From NCBI RefSeq assembly GCF_963921235.1, contig NC_086107.1:102302001-102366000 (forward strand): a DNA stretch of 64,000 nucleotides, read 5' to 3'. The notes below the pieces were generated by a model that saw only the letters and a program-made list of their open reading frames with translations, did not search any database and was not told where the DNA came from. The translations under genes were made by a program, and so were the position numbers. This document shows, piece by piece, positions 52,881 to 64,000 of the stretch. Each line of letters begins with the position of its first letter. The stretch's first letter is position 1. Source of the DNA: Mobula hypostoma. Lineage: Eukaryota.

Positions 52881-53724
52881 CAGAGATCCTTGGACGTAGG
52901 AGGGGAGTGGAAGACTGTGCTGAAAGTCAGGTTAACGCAAAAGCTGATGAAGAATTCATCACGAGGGACCAGCATTGCTTTCCACCAGATGGCCTGTCAT
53001 TTCTATTTCAGATCTCAACCACCTCACAACTTAACTTCTCTGACCACAGCAATTCCTCTAAGGGCCTAAAGCCTAGGCCCTTCACTACCTTCCTGCTTCA
53101 CCTGGAACCAAACTCTGTTATACAGCGTTTCAACATAGAAGACAAGAATTTTACATGCAGAACCTTCAGGAGTGGCCTGCAATTCACTAAGAGCACAGCA
53201 CATCTTCATTTCCGCTCCCCCACCCCGCCAATCTCCACTTTCCGTAGGAATTGCTCACTATGTGGCTCCCTCAACAAGTCATCCCTATCCACTGATCACC
53301 CTCCCACTACCCAGACACTAGAACTTCTCAGAATTTCCAACACTAAGTAAAAATGCACAAAGTCCAATTATAACGCCCTAACTGCTGAGATCAGTCAACC
53401 AAACAGACTTTCACCACGACTCATGGCAACATGTTTATGCTCTGTTCATTTTAAATGTACAAGTATTCTTCCAATTAAGTGTTGAGTGATCATATGGCAA
53501 GTTTCTTTAATAACAATAAATGTGATGCCTGGTGTATTCCTGAGTGACACAAACCCAAAAGGTTCCAGGTTATCTAAGTAACATAAAAATGACTTCAGAA
53601 CTAGTTCACCAACCGTGAAACTGTGATGAAAATCAGCTTCCAATTTACATTATTTAAAGTACTTCAGCTAAATCACATTAAAAATATCACAATGCTTTAT
53701 GATCAGTGCGAACTGTGGACTTAC

Positions 53725-53883
53725 GTGTTCAGAAGGTACCGGTCTTGATGTAGGTGATAAGATAAAATGGAGCCAAACCAAGAACTGGGACAGGAAGCCT
53801 AAGATCCACTTCCCATTTTGTGCTGGGTTCATTTCCTCAGTTGCAGGCCCAGTACAGCGTGTAGATCAGCAGAAGGGAAAAAT
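53725..53883 (-). other. Candidate exon (159 nt) with strong splice sites
   Basis: Acceptor ctatttctgttcttgctttcag| and donor CAC|gtaagt; all frames closed upstream of ATG 53832 (MNPAQNGKWILGFLSQFLVWLHFILSPTSRPVPSEH). Confidence 0.45.
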
Positions 53884-54319
53884 CTGAAAGCAAGAACAGA
53901 AATAGAAGGAAGTAAGGTCTAGCATCTTAAGTAAGTATCAACACAAATAGACTCTTGGTCAGAAATGCTGACATCTTCTCAGACCCCAGCATTATCTTTC
54001 TAAGAAACTGTTTGCACATAGACGACTTAGGAAAGCAGGACCAGACTCAGTTATGTTGTGCCCCAAAATAGAATAACCAATTCACTCGAAGTTCACCCTT
54101 GAAGTATGGGCAATTTATCGAGCTTTGAGGAGGAGAGAAGGCACCTGCATAGTGAACCTACCAAAAGCCACAACTGCTTTTGTAACTTCATGATGTGGTG
54201 ATAAAACCCAACAGGAGTAAAATTGAGTAACTGTGCGACAACTTAGCTTCAGGCCCAGACAAAGGATAATGGCTTTTCATGTCTCTTTCAAGATATTTCA
54301 AAGCACTTTACATTTAACA

Positions 54320-55780
54320 AAGTTCAAGTTTATTGTAATTTATTGTAATTGACCAAGGAGCACAACACAGTTCATATAATTCACACACTATACATATAGT
54401 ATTACCACAAATACATTAACAAAAGGGTGCACGGTAGCGTAGTGGTTAGCACAACACATTACAGTACAGGCAACCCAGGTTCAATTCCTGCCCCTGCCTG
54501 TAAGAATTGGTATGTTCTCCCTGTGATCATATGGGTTTCCTGCGGGTGCTCCGGTTTCCTTCCAGTCCAAAGATGTACCGGTTGGTAGGTTAATTGATCA
54601 TTGTACACTGTCCCATGACAAGGCTAGGATTAAACTGGGGGATTGTTGAGAAGCATGGCTGGAAAGGCCTATTCTACACTTTATCTTAATAAATAAACAG
54701 ATAGAATAAAAAACAAAATAGGGGCATTTATGACACAAGGTAAAATGTAAACAGTACAACTCTTCTGGAGTTTCAGATGTGATGAGTCCTGGGAGGTGGC
54801 AGGGAGATCAGTAATCTCACAGCCTGCGGGAAGATGCTATTTCCCAGTCCTTGTCCTAACGCTACAATATGAACTACCTGACGGTAGGTAGTCAAAGAGA
54901 TTATTGGATGGATGGGAGGGATCACTGACGATGCTAAGGGCCCGGCTTACGCTGTGCTCCTGATGAATATCTCGGATGGGTGGAAGAGAGACCCAGATGA
55001 TCCTCTCAGCAGTCCTCACAATCCTTTGTAGGGGCTTGCAGACAGACGTCTTGCAGTTTCTGTAGATGGTGCTGCAGCTGGTCAGAGCATGCTCAATGGT
55101 GCTTCTGTAAAAATTGGTTAGAATGCGGGGTGGAGGAGCCTCGCTCACCTCCATCTCCTCAGGAAGAGGAGATGTAGCTGTGCTTTCCTGACCAGAGAGG
55201 TGACATTGAGGGACCAGCTGAGATTATCTGTAACGTGCACTCCCAGAGACTTGGTGCTCCTAACTCTTTCCACAGAGGAGCCATTTATTGTGCAGTGAGG
55301 AGTCATCAGCCCACGTCTTCCTTAAGTCCACAGTCATCTCTTTGGTCTTGTCCATGCTGAGACTGAAGTTGTTGTGCTCGCACCATTCTACCAGCTGTTC
55401 CACCTCCTCTCTGTACGCTATCTCGTCGTCACTGTTGACGAGGCCAACCACTGTTGTGTCATCAGCGAACTTGATGATTCGGTTTGAGCTGAATCTAGGA
55501 GCACAGTCACGGGTCAGCAGTGGGATGAGCGCACAGCTCTGTGGGGGCACGGACGGGAGCTGGAGATGTTGCTGCCAACGTGGAATGACTGTGGTCTCTC
55601 TGTCAAGAAGTCCAAGATCCAACTACAGAAAGAGATGCTGAGACCTGATGAGGACAGTTCACCCACCAGCTTCTGAGCATTATACACCGAGCTGAAGTCA
55701 ACAAACTGCATCCTAGGGCATGAGGCACCACTTTCCAGGTTGGACAGGACAGAGTGGAGGGCAGAGGTTATGACATCACC
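54320..55780 (-). mobile_element. Rex1-type LINE fragment interrupted by SINE
   Basis: KFADDTTVVGL, WILDFLTERPQ, FYRSTIE motifs. Confidence 0.8.
54424..54700 (+). mobile_element. tRNA-derived SINE (HE1/V-type)
   Basis: A box tagcgtagtgg, B box ggttcaattcc, core gggtttcctgcgggtgctccggtttcc, (aaat) tail. Confidence 0.85.
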
Positions 55781-56462
55781 AGAATGACATCAATGAGGCA
55801 CTTTGAAGTGTTTGAGCTATTTTGAAGACACTGTTGTAGGAAACATAGGTTGCGGCAAATTGTACAAAGCAAGCTCCCACAAAGAACAATATGCTAATTA
55901 CCCATATAATATTTATTTCTACTTTACTTTTATTAAGGAACCTTAGGAGATTTCCTTTGATCTTTAAAGGAGTAAAAAAAAGACCATCTGAGGAAGCAAA
56001 TGGGAAATGGTTCAGACACCCTGAGCCAATAGGCTGGTCCTGGACTTATTTCCATCTGGCATAGTTTGCATCTTGTTGTTTGATTGTTTGTCGTTTTTGT
56101 ATTGCTATATTTATGCTCTATTCATGGTTGGTGCGGCTGCAACGAAACCCAATTTCCCTTGGGATCAATAAAGTATATCTACCTATATGACACAGTAGCA
56201 CAGCAGTAAGTGCTGATACTTCAAAGTACCAATGACTTGGATTCAATCCAGACCTCCAGTGGTGTCCGTGAAGAAACTGACCCTTTGTGACCATGTGGGT
56301 TTCCCCCCCACTGCTCCTGTTTTCTCCCACATCCCAAAGCTAGTTGTCAGGTTAATTTAAACGCAAACAACAGGAATTCTGCAGATGCTGGAAATTCAAG
56401 CAACATACATCAAAGTTGCTGGTGAACGCAGCAGGCCAAGCAGCATCTGTAGGACGAGGTGC

Positions 56463-56498
56463 AGTCGACGTTTCAGGCCGAGACCCTTCGTCAGGCCT
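56463..56498 (-). ncRNA. Hammerhead ribozyme motif copy (stem I mismatch)
   Basis: AGGC-CUGACGA...GAAAC-GUC-GACU. Confidence 0.65.
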
Positions 56499-56636
56499 AA
56501 CTGAAGGAAGAGTGAGTAAGGGATTTGAAAGTTGGAGGGGGAGGGGGAGATCCAAAATGATAGGAGAAGACAGGAAGGGGAGGGATAGAGCCAAGAGCTG
56601 GACAGGTGATAGGCAAAAGGGGATACGAGAGGATCA

Positions 56637-59281
56637 ATACGAGAGCCTGCAATCGCCGTTTTTTTGACTTTGTCATGTTAGGCAAAGATCGCAAGATCCT
56701 ACATCTACGGACTCCAGAGCCTGCCGGCCCCGACGCTAGCAGGCATGAACTTCAGATTGCGGCCTCTGCCATTGATCTCGGCGGCTCCAACACCTCAGGG
56801 CATATTCAAAACCCGGACTCCAGCAACGACCATGGACACATTCGAAGTGATTGCGCAACCACCAACTGCAACTCCAGCCTTGAACTCCAGGCCGGGTCTT
56901 TATGTGCTGCTATTGTGACTCCCATCTCCCCTTCCCCCACCACCACTCCACAGCCCCGTCTTCCTCAGATCCCACCGTCAACTCCTGGGCCCTCAGAGGC
57001 TCCATCTTCCTCTCACCCCAACCCTCCCCTCTCCACTGACACCACCAGCCTCCCTCCTCCCCCCTCTGATCCCAGCTCTCATCCGTGCCGGGTCTTTACC
57101 ATCCCCTCCGACCTTCAACTGTCGGAGGCAGAACGCTCTGTTCTCAGTAAGGGCTTCACGTTTGTCCCCCTTCGCCCACACCTCAGCGAGTTCCGTGTTC
57201 GCCACGATGCGGAAGTTTTCTTCCGCCGTCTCCGTCTCCGAGCCTACTTCTTCGGCAAGGACTCTTCCACCCCCACCGATGACCCCTTCTCCCGTCTTCA
57301 ACCCTCCTCTTCTTCATGGACACCCCGCTCTGGTCTTCTGCCTGCTCTGGATCTCTTTATTGCTAACTGCCGACGGGACATCAACCGTCTCGACTTCACC
57401 GCACCTTGTCCCCATTCCAACCTCACTCCTTCGGAACACTCTGCTTTCCACTCCCTCCGCACTAATCCTAACCTTATTATTAAACCCGCCGATAAGGGGG
57501 GTGCTGTTGTAGTCTGGCGTACTGACCTCTACCTTGCCGAGGCACAGCGACAACTCGCGGATACCTCCTCTTATTTACCCCTCGATCGTGACCCCACTAA
57601 GGAGTACCAGGCCATTGTCTCCCACACCATCACCGACTTTATCTGCTCAGGGGATCTCCCATCCACTGCTACCAACCTTATAGTTCCCACACCCCGCACT
57701 TCCCGTTTCTACCTCCTACCCAAGATCCACAAACCTGCCTGTCCTGGCCGACCTATTGTCTCAGCTTGCTCCTGCCCCACCGAACTCATTTCTGCATACC
57801 GCGACACTGTTTTATCACCCCTTGTTCAATCCCTTCCGACCTATGTTCGTGACACTTCTCACGCTCTTAAACTTTTCGATGATTTTAAGTTCCCTGGCCC
57901 CCACCGCTTTATTTTCACCATGGATGTCCAGTCCTTATATACTTCCATCCCCCATCAGGAAGGTCTCAAAGCTCTATGCTTCTTTTTGGATTCCAGACCT
58001 AATCAGTTCCTCTCTACCACCACTCTGCTCCGTCTAGCGGAATTAGTCCTTACTCTTAATAATTTCTCCTTTGGCTCCTCCCATTTCCTCCAAACTAAAG
58101 GTGTAGCTATGGGCACCCGTATGGGTCCTAGCTATGCCTGCCTTTTTGTTGGCTTTGTGGAACAATCTATGTTCCGTGCCTATTCTGGTATCTGTCCCCC
58201 ACTTTTCCTTTGCTACATCGACGACTGCATTGGCGCTGCTTCCTGCATGCATGCAGAACTCGTTGACTTTATTAACTTTGCCTCCAACTTTCACCCTGCC
58301 CTCAAGTTTACCTGGTCCATTTCCGACACCTCCCTCCCCTTTCTAGATCTTTCTGTCTCTGTCTCTGGAGATAGCTTATCCACTGATGTCTACTATAAAC
58401 CTACTGACTCTCACAGCTATCTGGACTATTCCTCTTCTCACCCTGTCTCTTGCAAAAACGCCATCACCTTCTCGCAATTCCTCCGTCTCCGCCGCATCTG
58501 CTCTCAGGATGAGGCTTCTCATTCTAGGATGAGGGAGATGTCTTCCTTTTTTAAAGAAAGGGGCTTCCCTTCCTCCACTATCAACTCTGCTCTTAAACGC
58601 ATCTCCCCCATTTCACGTACATCTGCTCTCACTCCATCCTCCCACCACCCCACTAGGAATAGGGTTCCCCTGGTCCTCACCTACCACCCCACCAGCCTCC
58701 GGGTCCAACATATTATTCTCCGTAACTTCCGCCACCTCCAACGGGATCCCACCACTAAGCACATCTTTCCCTCCCCACCTCTCTCTGCATTCCGCAGGGA
58801 TCGCTCCCTACACAACTCCCTTGTCCATTCGTCCCCCCCATCCCTCCCCACTGATCGCCCTCCTGGCACTTATCCCTGTAAGCGGAACAAGTGCTACACA
58901 TGCCCTTACACTTCCTCCCTTACCACCATTCAGGGCCCCAAACAGTCCTTCCAGGTGAGGCATCACTTCACCTGTGAGTCGACTGGGGTGATATACTGCG
59001 TCCGGTGCTCCCGATGTGGCCTTTTATATATTGGCGAGACCTGACGCAGACTGGGAGACCACTTTGCTGAACATCTACGCTCTGTCCGCCAGAGAAAGCA
59101 GGATCTCCCAGTGGCCACACATTTTAATTCCACATCCCATTCCCATTCTGACATGTCTATCCACGGCCTCCTCTACTGTAAAGGTGAAGCCACACTCAGG
59201 TTGGAGGAACAACACCTTATATTCCGTCTGGGTAGCCTCCAACCTGATGGCATGAACATTGACTTCTCTAACTTCTGCTAA
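56637..59281 (+). pseudogene. Penelope RT + GIY-YIG endonuclease ORF with one premature stop
   Basis: KPADKGG, LPKIHK, MDVQSLY, GVAMG, YIDD, VIY..LYIGET; TGA at 59042-59044, frame continues to TAA 59279-59281. Confidence 0.92.
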
Positions 59282-59574
59282 TGCCCCAGCTCCCCCTCGT
59301 ACCCCATCTGTTACTCATTTTTATGCACACATTCTTTCTCTCACTCTCCTTTTTCTCCCTCTGTCCCTCTGAATATACCCCTTGCCCATCCTCTGGGCCA
59401 CCCCCCCCCGTCTTTCTGCCCGGACCTTCTGTCCCATGATCCTCTCGTATCCCCTTTTGCCTATCACCTGTCCAGCTCTTGGCTCCATCCCTCCCCCTCC
59501 TGTCTTCTCCTATCATTTTGCATCTCCCCCTCCCCCTCCAACTTTCAAATCCCTTACTCACTCTTCCTTCAGTT

Positions 59575-59610
59575 AGTCCTGACGAAGGGTCTCGGCCTGA
59601 AACGTCGACT
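59575..59610 (+). ncRNA. Minimal type I hammerhead ribozyme in Penelope terminal repeat
   Basis: AGUC-CUGACGA-A-GGGU(CUCG)GCCU-GAAAC-GUC-GACU: intact core, stems I and II, palindromic ACGU stem III. Confidence 0.8.
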
Positions 59611-60087
59611 GCACCTCTTCCTACGGATGCTGCTTGGCCTGCTGCGTTCACCAGCAACTTTGATGTATGTTGTCAGGTTAATTGCCTGCTGTGAATGATC
59701 ATTTCTGGAGATGAATGGCTGGAGAATCGGGGGGAGTTTATAGGCACTCAATAGGTGGAGTGGTGAGATTGCTCTGAGAGCCACATAGACTTGATGAGGG
59801 TGCATGGCCTTTATGTACATGACTATAAATTCAACCTCGACTTTGAAACATCTGATCAAAAGACTGCAGCTCCTTGGAACATTAGCCTGGGCCCATGATT
59901 ATCCTAGATCCTACCAGTGGCAGATCTGACACGAGGAATGACCTACATCTGTTCCAATGGCACAAGGGAGACCCAATTTACACTTGGCTTATGTAGCGCC
60001 CAGTAGAAGTTATCCAGGTAATGTAGTTTCTTTAGCTGGAAGATGAACTCATTCCCTGATTGTTTAGGTAGTACTCCTTTGATTTCA

Positions 60088-60276
60088 AGCAAGGGAAAAT
60101 CTGCAGATGCTGGAAATCCAGAGCAACACACACAAAATGCTGGAGGGACTCAGCAGGAGAGACAGCATCTATGGAAAACAGTACAGTCAATGCTTTGGGC
60201 TGAGAGGTCGACTGTACTTTTTTTCCCCACACATGCTGCCTGGCCTGCTGAGTTCCTCCCAGCATTTTGTGTGTGC
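60088..60276. mobile_element. Older foldback Penelope terminal-repeat insertion, 16-bp TSD
   Basis: tactcctttgatttca 60072-60087 and tactcatttgatttca 60277-60292; inverted arms. Confidence 0.8.
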
Positions 60277-60414
60277 TACTCATTTGATTTCACCAGCACT
60301 GTACTAAACACATGATCATTGCAACTTGTGTGGGCTGACACAGTAGCACAGCCAGAGCTGCTGTCTCACAGCTCCAGTAACCTGGATTTAATTCTAACCT
60401 GTGTGTGGAGTTTT

Positions 60415-62300
60415 CATGGAACATAGAACAGTACAGCACAGACCCTCAGCTCACCATGTTGTGCAGACCTATATAAGCCTGCTACACAATCCATAACCCT
60501 TCACTTTTCCTACACCCATGTGCCTATCTAAGAGTCTTTTAAATATCCCTATTGTATCAGCCTCTACCACCACCCCCTGACGGCCTATGGAAGCTCCTAC
60601 CAAAATTCAGTTGCCCCCCACACCTAACCAACATCATCCGTCAGTTCCACAAAGGCATGGAAGGCTGCATCAACGTGTGTGGTGAGTTATCAGACCCATT
60701 TTCCATCAGCAACGGCGTAAAACAGGGTTGTGTTCTGGCTCCTACTCTGTTTGGACTATTCTTCACTGCTGTTCTTCAGGATGCCACATCAGACCTGAAG
60801 TTCGGGGTCTTCCTACAAACGAGGGCTGATGGTGAGATTGAGAGCAAAAACAAAAGTCAGGGACATTGTGGCACGTGAGCTACAGTCTGCTGAAGACCGT
60901 GCACTGGTTGCTCACTCTCTCGAAGACTTACAGGAGATCACCAGTCGCTTTGCCAGTGTAGCCAAAAGCTTCCGACTGACAATTAGCCTGAAAAAGACGG
61001 AAGTTTTGTACCAACGGGCTCCTGGCTCAAGCTACGAAGAACTAACTGTCCTCATTGATGACACTTGTCGCAATGCTGTCAACAAATTTTGCTACCTGGG
61101 CAGTATAACAACATCCTCAGCTTCTCTGGATGTAGAGATTGAATCAAGAACCAGAAAAGCCTGCTTTGCCATTGGTCAGCTGAAAGATCGGGTTTGGTCA
61201 CAGAACATCAGGTTGGCCACCAAGTGCAAGGTATACAGGGCCGTTGTCATATCAACCTTGTTATACGGATGTGAGACATGGTGCCCATAGCAGAGACACT
61301 TACGCCAGCTTGACCAGCTGCAGCAATGTCACCTACGTTCTCTGATGAAGATCAGCTGGTGAGACAAGGTCTCCAATACCGAGGTCCTCTCTCGAGCCGG
61401 AATGCCAGCAGTTTCAACCTTCGTGATGTCAACCCAACTGCGCTGGGCAGGACATGTTGTCAGAATGCCTGATGGAAGACTGCCCAAGGACATCTTGTAT
61501 GGCCAACTATCCAGTGGTACCCGAAAATGAGGAGACCAGCGACTACAGTACTAGGATGTTCTGCACAGGAGCCTCAAGAAAGCTGACATTGCCCCATCGA
61601 CATGGGAGGATCTGGCTCAAGATCACTCACAGTGGAGGGACGCCATCAGAAAAGGTGTGGACGCTGCTGAGAACAAGCTCAACGAGGCAACAGAGGAAAG
61701 GCACAGGAAGCGCCACAACAGAGCTTCTGCTCCTGCTGCCCCTCCAGGCCTCACCTGCCAAGTATGTGGCAAGCAGTGCCTGTCAAGGATCGGCCTGTAC
61801 AGCCACTCCAGGACGCACATATCAAAACCCACTCACTGACGGACAGGAACCATCGTCATCCTATGGGAGGGGGTGGAGAGGAAGAGAGACCACCACCCCC
61901 AGAAGTATGTTCCAGGCATCCACCACCGTATTAAAAAAAACCTACCTCCAACACCTCTCCTGAACTTTCTTCCTGTCGTCTGGTATTGGCCATTGGTGCT
62001 CAGTGAGAATGAATCTGGCTATCCATTCTATCAATACCTCTCATAATCTTATGCACCTCAATCAAGTCGCCCTTATCCTCCATTGCTCCAAAGAGAAAAA
62101 CTTTAGCTCGCACAACAATTCCTCATAAAACGTGTTCTCTAATCCAGGCAGCATCCTGGTAAATCTCCTCTGAATCCTTTCTAAAGCTTCTACATCCTTC
62201 CTATAATGAAATGGCCGGAAATGAACACAATACTCCAAGTGTGGACCAACTAGAGTTTTATAGACCTGCAACATTACCTTGTGGCTCTTAAACCCAATCC
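60415..62300 (-). mobile_element. CR1 3' fragment split by RTE
   Basis: ORF LQVYKTLVGPHLEYCVHF; tail at 60415. Confidence 0.85.
60578..61888 (+). mobile_element. RTE-clade LINE 3' part, 12-bp TSD
   Basis: GVKQGCVLAP, LLYGCETW, C-terminal CQVCGKQC..HSRTH; TSD accaccaccccc at 60566-60577 and 61889-61900. Confidence 0.9.
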
Positions 62301-62679
62301 CCCAACTAACTCAATATCCCAGGAGCTATGGTTTCTTCCTACAGCCAAAAACATGAAGGTTGGTAGCTTAATGGGGCATGGCATATTGCTCATCATATGT
62401 AGAGGAGAGGTAGAACCTGGGTGGGGTGAGGAGTTGCTGGGAGTGAGGAAGTCCATTAGCATGGATTGGAAATCTAGCTGTCACTTATAAACAAACTTGA
62501 AATAAATGAGACCTTTCCTGGCTGGAGTGTTTTAACAACTGGAAAATCCCAGGGGTCAATTCTTGACCTTCGGTTGTTTTGCTATTTATTTTAGTGACCC
62601 AAGAATGGACTGAAACATGAAGTTGAGTTTGCTAATGATAAGAAAACTGGTGGAAGGATTTGTGCTGAGGACATTACAA

Positions 62680-63249
62680 TGCGCTTGGAGAATATTCTGA
62701 CTGGTTGCTTCACGGCCTGGTTTGGAAACACCAATGGCCAAGAACAGAAAAGCCTAGAGAAAGTGGTGGGTGTAGCCCACCCCACCACTGAGCACACCTA
62801 CAAGGAGTGTTGCCACAAGAAAGCAGCATCCATCAAGGACAACCACCATTCAGGTCACGTTCCCTTCTTGCTATTGCCATTGGGAAGGAGCAACAGGAGC
62901 CTTCAGTCCCACATCATCAAGTGCGGAACAGTTACTACCCTTCAACCATCAGGCTCCTGAACCAGAGTGGATAACTTCACTCACCTCAACATTGAACTGA
63001 TTCCACAGCCTACGGACTCATTTTGAAGGCCTCTAGAACTCATGTTCTCAGTGTTATTTATTTACTATTTAGTTATTATTATTAGGTTCTTTTTGTATTT
63101 GCAATTTGTTTTCTTTTGCAAGTTGGTTGTCAGTCTTTGTGTGCAGTTTTTCATTGAGTTACTGTGAATGCCCACAAGAAAATGAGTCTCAGGGTAGCAT
63201 ATGGTGACATATACATACTTGAATAATAAATTTACTTTGAACTTTGAAA
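62680..63249 (+). mobile_element. Rex1-type 3' fragment within an old CR1 remnant
   Basis: ENILTGCFTAWFG; (ctttgaa) tail. Confidence 0.8.
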
Positions 63250-64000
63250 CCGCAATGATTTGGGCATAGAATGAGTGCTTTTTTTTTTGGAGGGGGTGAC
63301 CTGACAAATGGAGTTTAACACGGGGAAGTGTGAAGTCATGCACTAAAGCATGAGGAGAGAGGCTGTAAGTGAGTGAAGTTCAGTAGGTCTAGGTGCTTCG
63401 GTTCATGAATGGCAAAATGTTCGTAGGAAGGGACAACAAGTATTTAGAGGAGCAAACAGCACATTGGCTTTTATTGTGAAGTGGTGGCACTCTAGAAGAG
63501 AGGTGTTGTTACAGTTGTACATGGTGTTCGTGAGGCCACATCTTTAATACTGTGCAGAATTTAGTGTTAAGTGGTTAATTCACTAATAATAACTCTTTGA
63601 GATGGTTCCATGGGATGAAGAGTACACACCTACCTTCAGCTTAAATAACTCATCTGAAAGATGGCAGACCTTGACTTGAGATTGTCCAGTTCAGGCTCAG
63701 TTCTCTGGAGGGGGGCAAGCCCAAAAACTACAAAGTGAGGGGAAAATATCAACGTTTATCTAATTGCTCATTACGTTCTACAATGCACAAAATCAAGGAA
63801 TACCTTTTAAAGAGCTGTTAAGGTTGGTAGGAATATATGGCAACCAAATTATATCCCGAGAATTTCTGTTAACAGCAATGAAGTGAATGACCAATTTTGA
63901 TAGTGCTATGATTAAGAAAGGCTTGCCAAACTCACCAGAGATCTTCCTTTCAGTAATTCCACAGGATTCTTTCTTTTCAAGGCCTCGGACGTAATTGAAA

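Larger units (their letters stand above)
56358..59668 (+). mobile_element. Near-intact Penelope-like element with inverted 5' terminal repeat, 15-bp TSD, inserted in a SINE
   Basis: TSD gttgtcaggttaatt at 56343-56357 and 59669-59683; ~56400-56636 is the reverse complement of ~59430-59670. Confidence 0.95.

Noticed and set aside
52634..53350. 238-aa ORF as a host gene
   Set aside because: Runs through an antisense SINE and decayed Penelope fragments; no coherent domain
54424..54495. tRNA gene
   Set aside because: A and B boxes continue into SINE core and tail; no complete cloverleaf
56606..56636. Start of the 812-aa ORF (MIGKRGYERI)
   Set aside because: These codons come from the inverted terminal repeat; the junction is fortuitously in frame and is not the natural start
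13095..59670. Recurrent near-identical 40-100 bp motif as CRISPR-like or satellite array
   Set aside because: Dispersed, both orientations, TSD-flanked: Penelope terminal repeats in a eukaryotic genome

Overview
Vertebrate genomic DNA dominated by nested transposable elements. The repeat set (CR1 and Rex1/Babar LINEs with microsatellite tails, tRNA-derived HE1/V-type SINEs, abundant Penelope elements) suggests a cartilaginous fish, probably a ray; this is an inference. No host protein-coding gene is recognisable. All identifiable ORFs are TE-derived: a near-intact Penelope RT/GIY-YIG ORF, RTE, L1, Rex1, CR1, Gypsy, Tc1 and hAT remnants. Target-site duplications (TSDs) resolve several multi-layer nests. 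Main observations: (1) a chimeric insertion at 8.25-9.23 kb in which a CR1 3' end is fused to a ~565-bp copy of sequence from 42 kb away; (2) minimal hammerhead ribozymes in the Penelope terminal repeats, plus several short foldback Penelope inserts with 10-16 bp TSDs; (3) a set of minus-strand exon-like segments that may belong to an unrecognised spliced transcript. Family names come from motif recognition and memory, not database searches.
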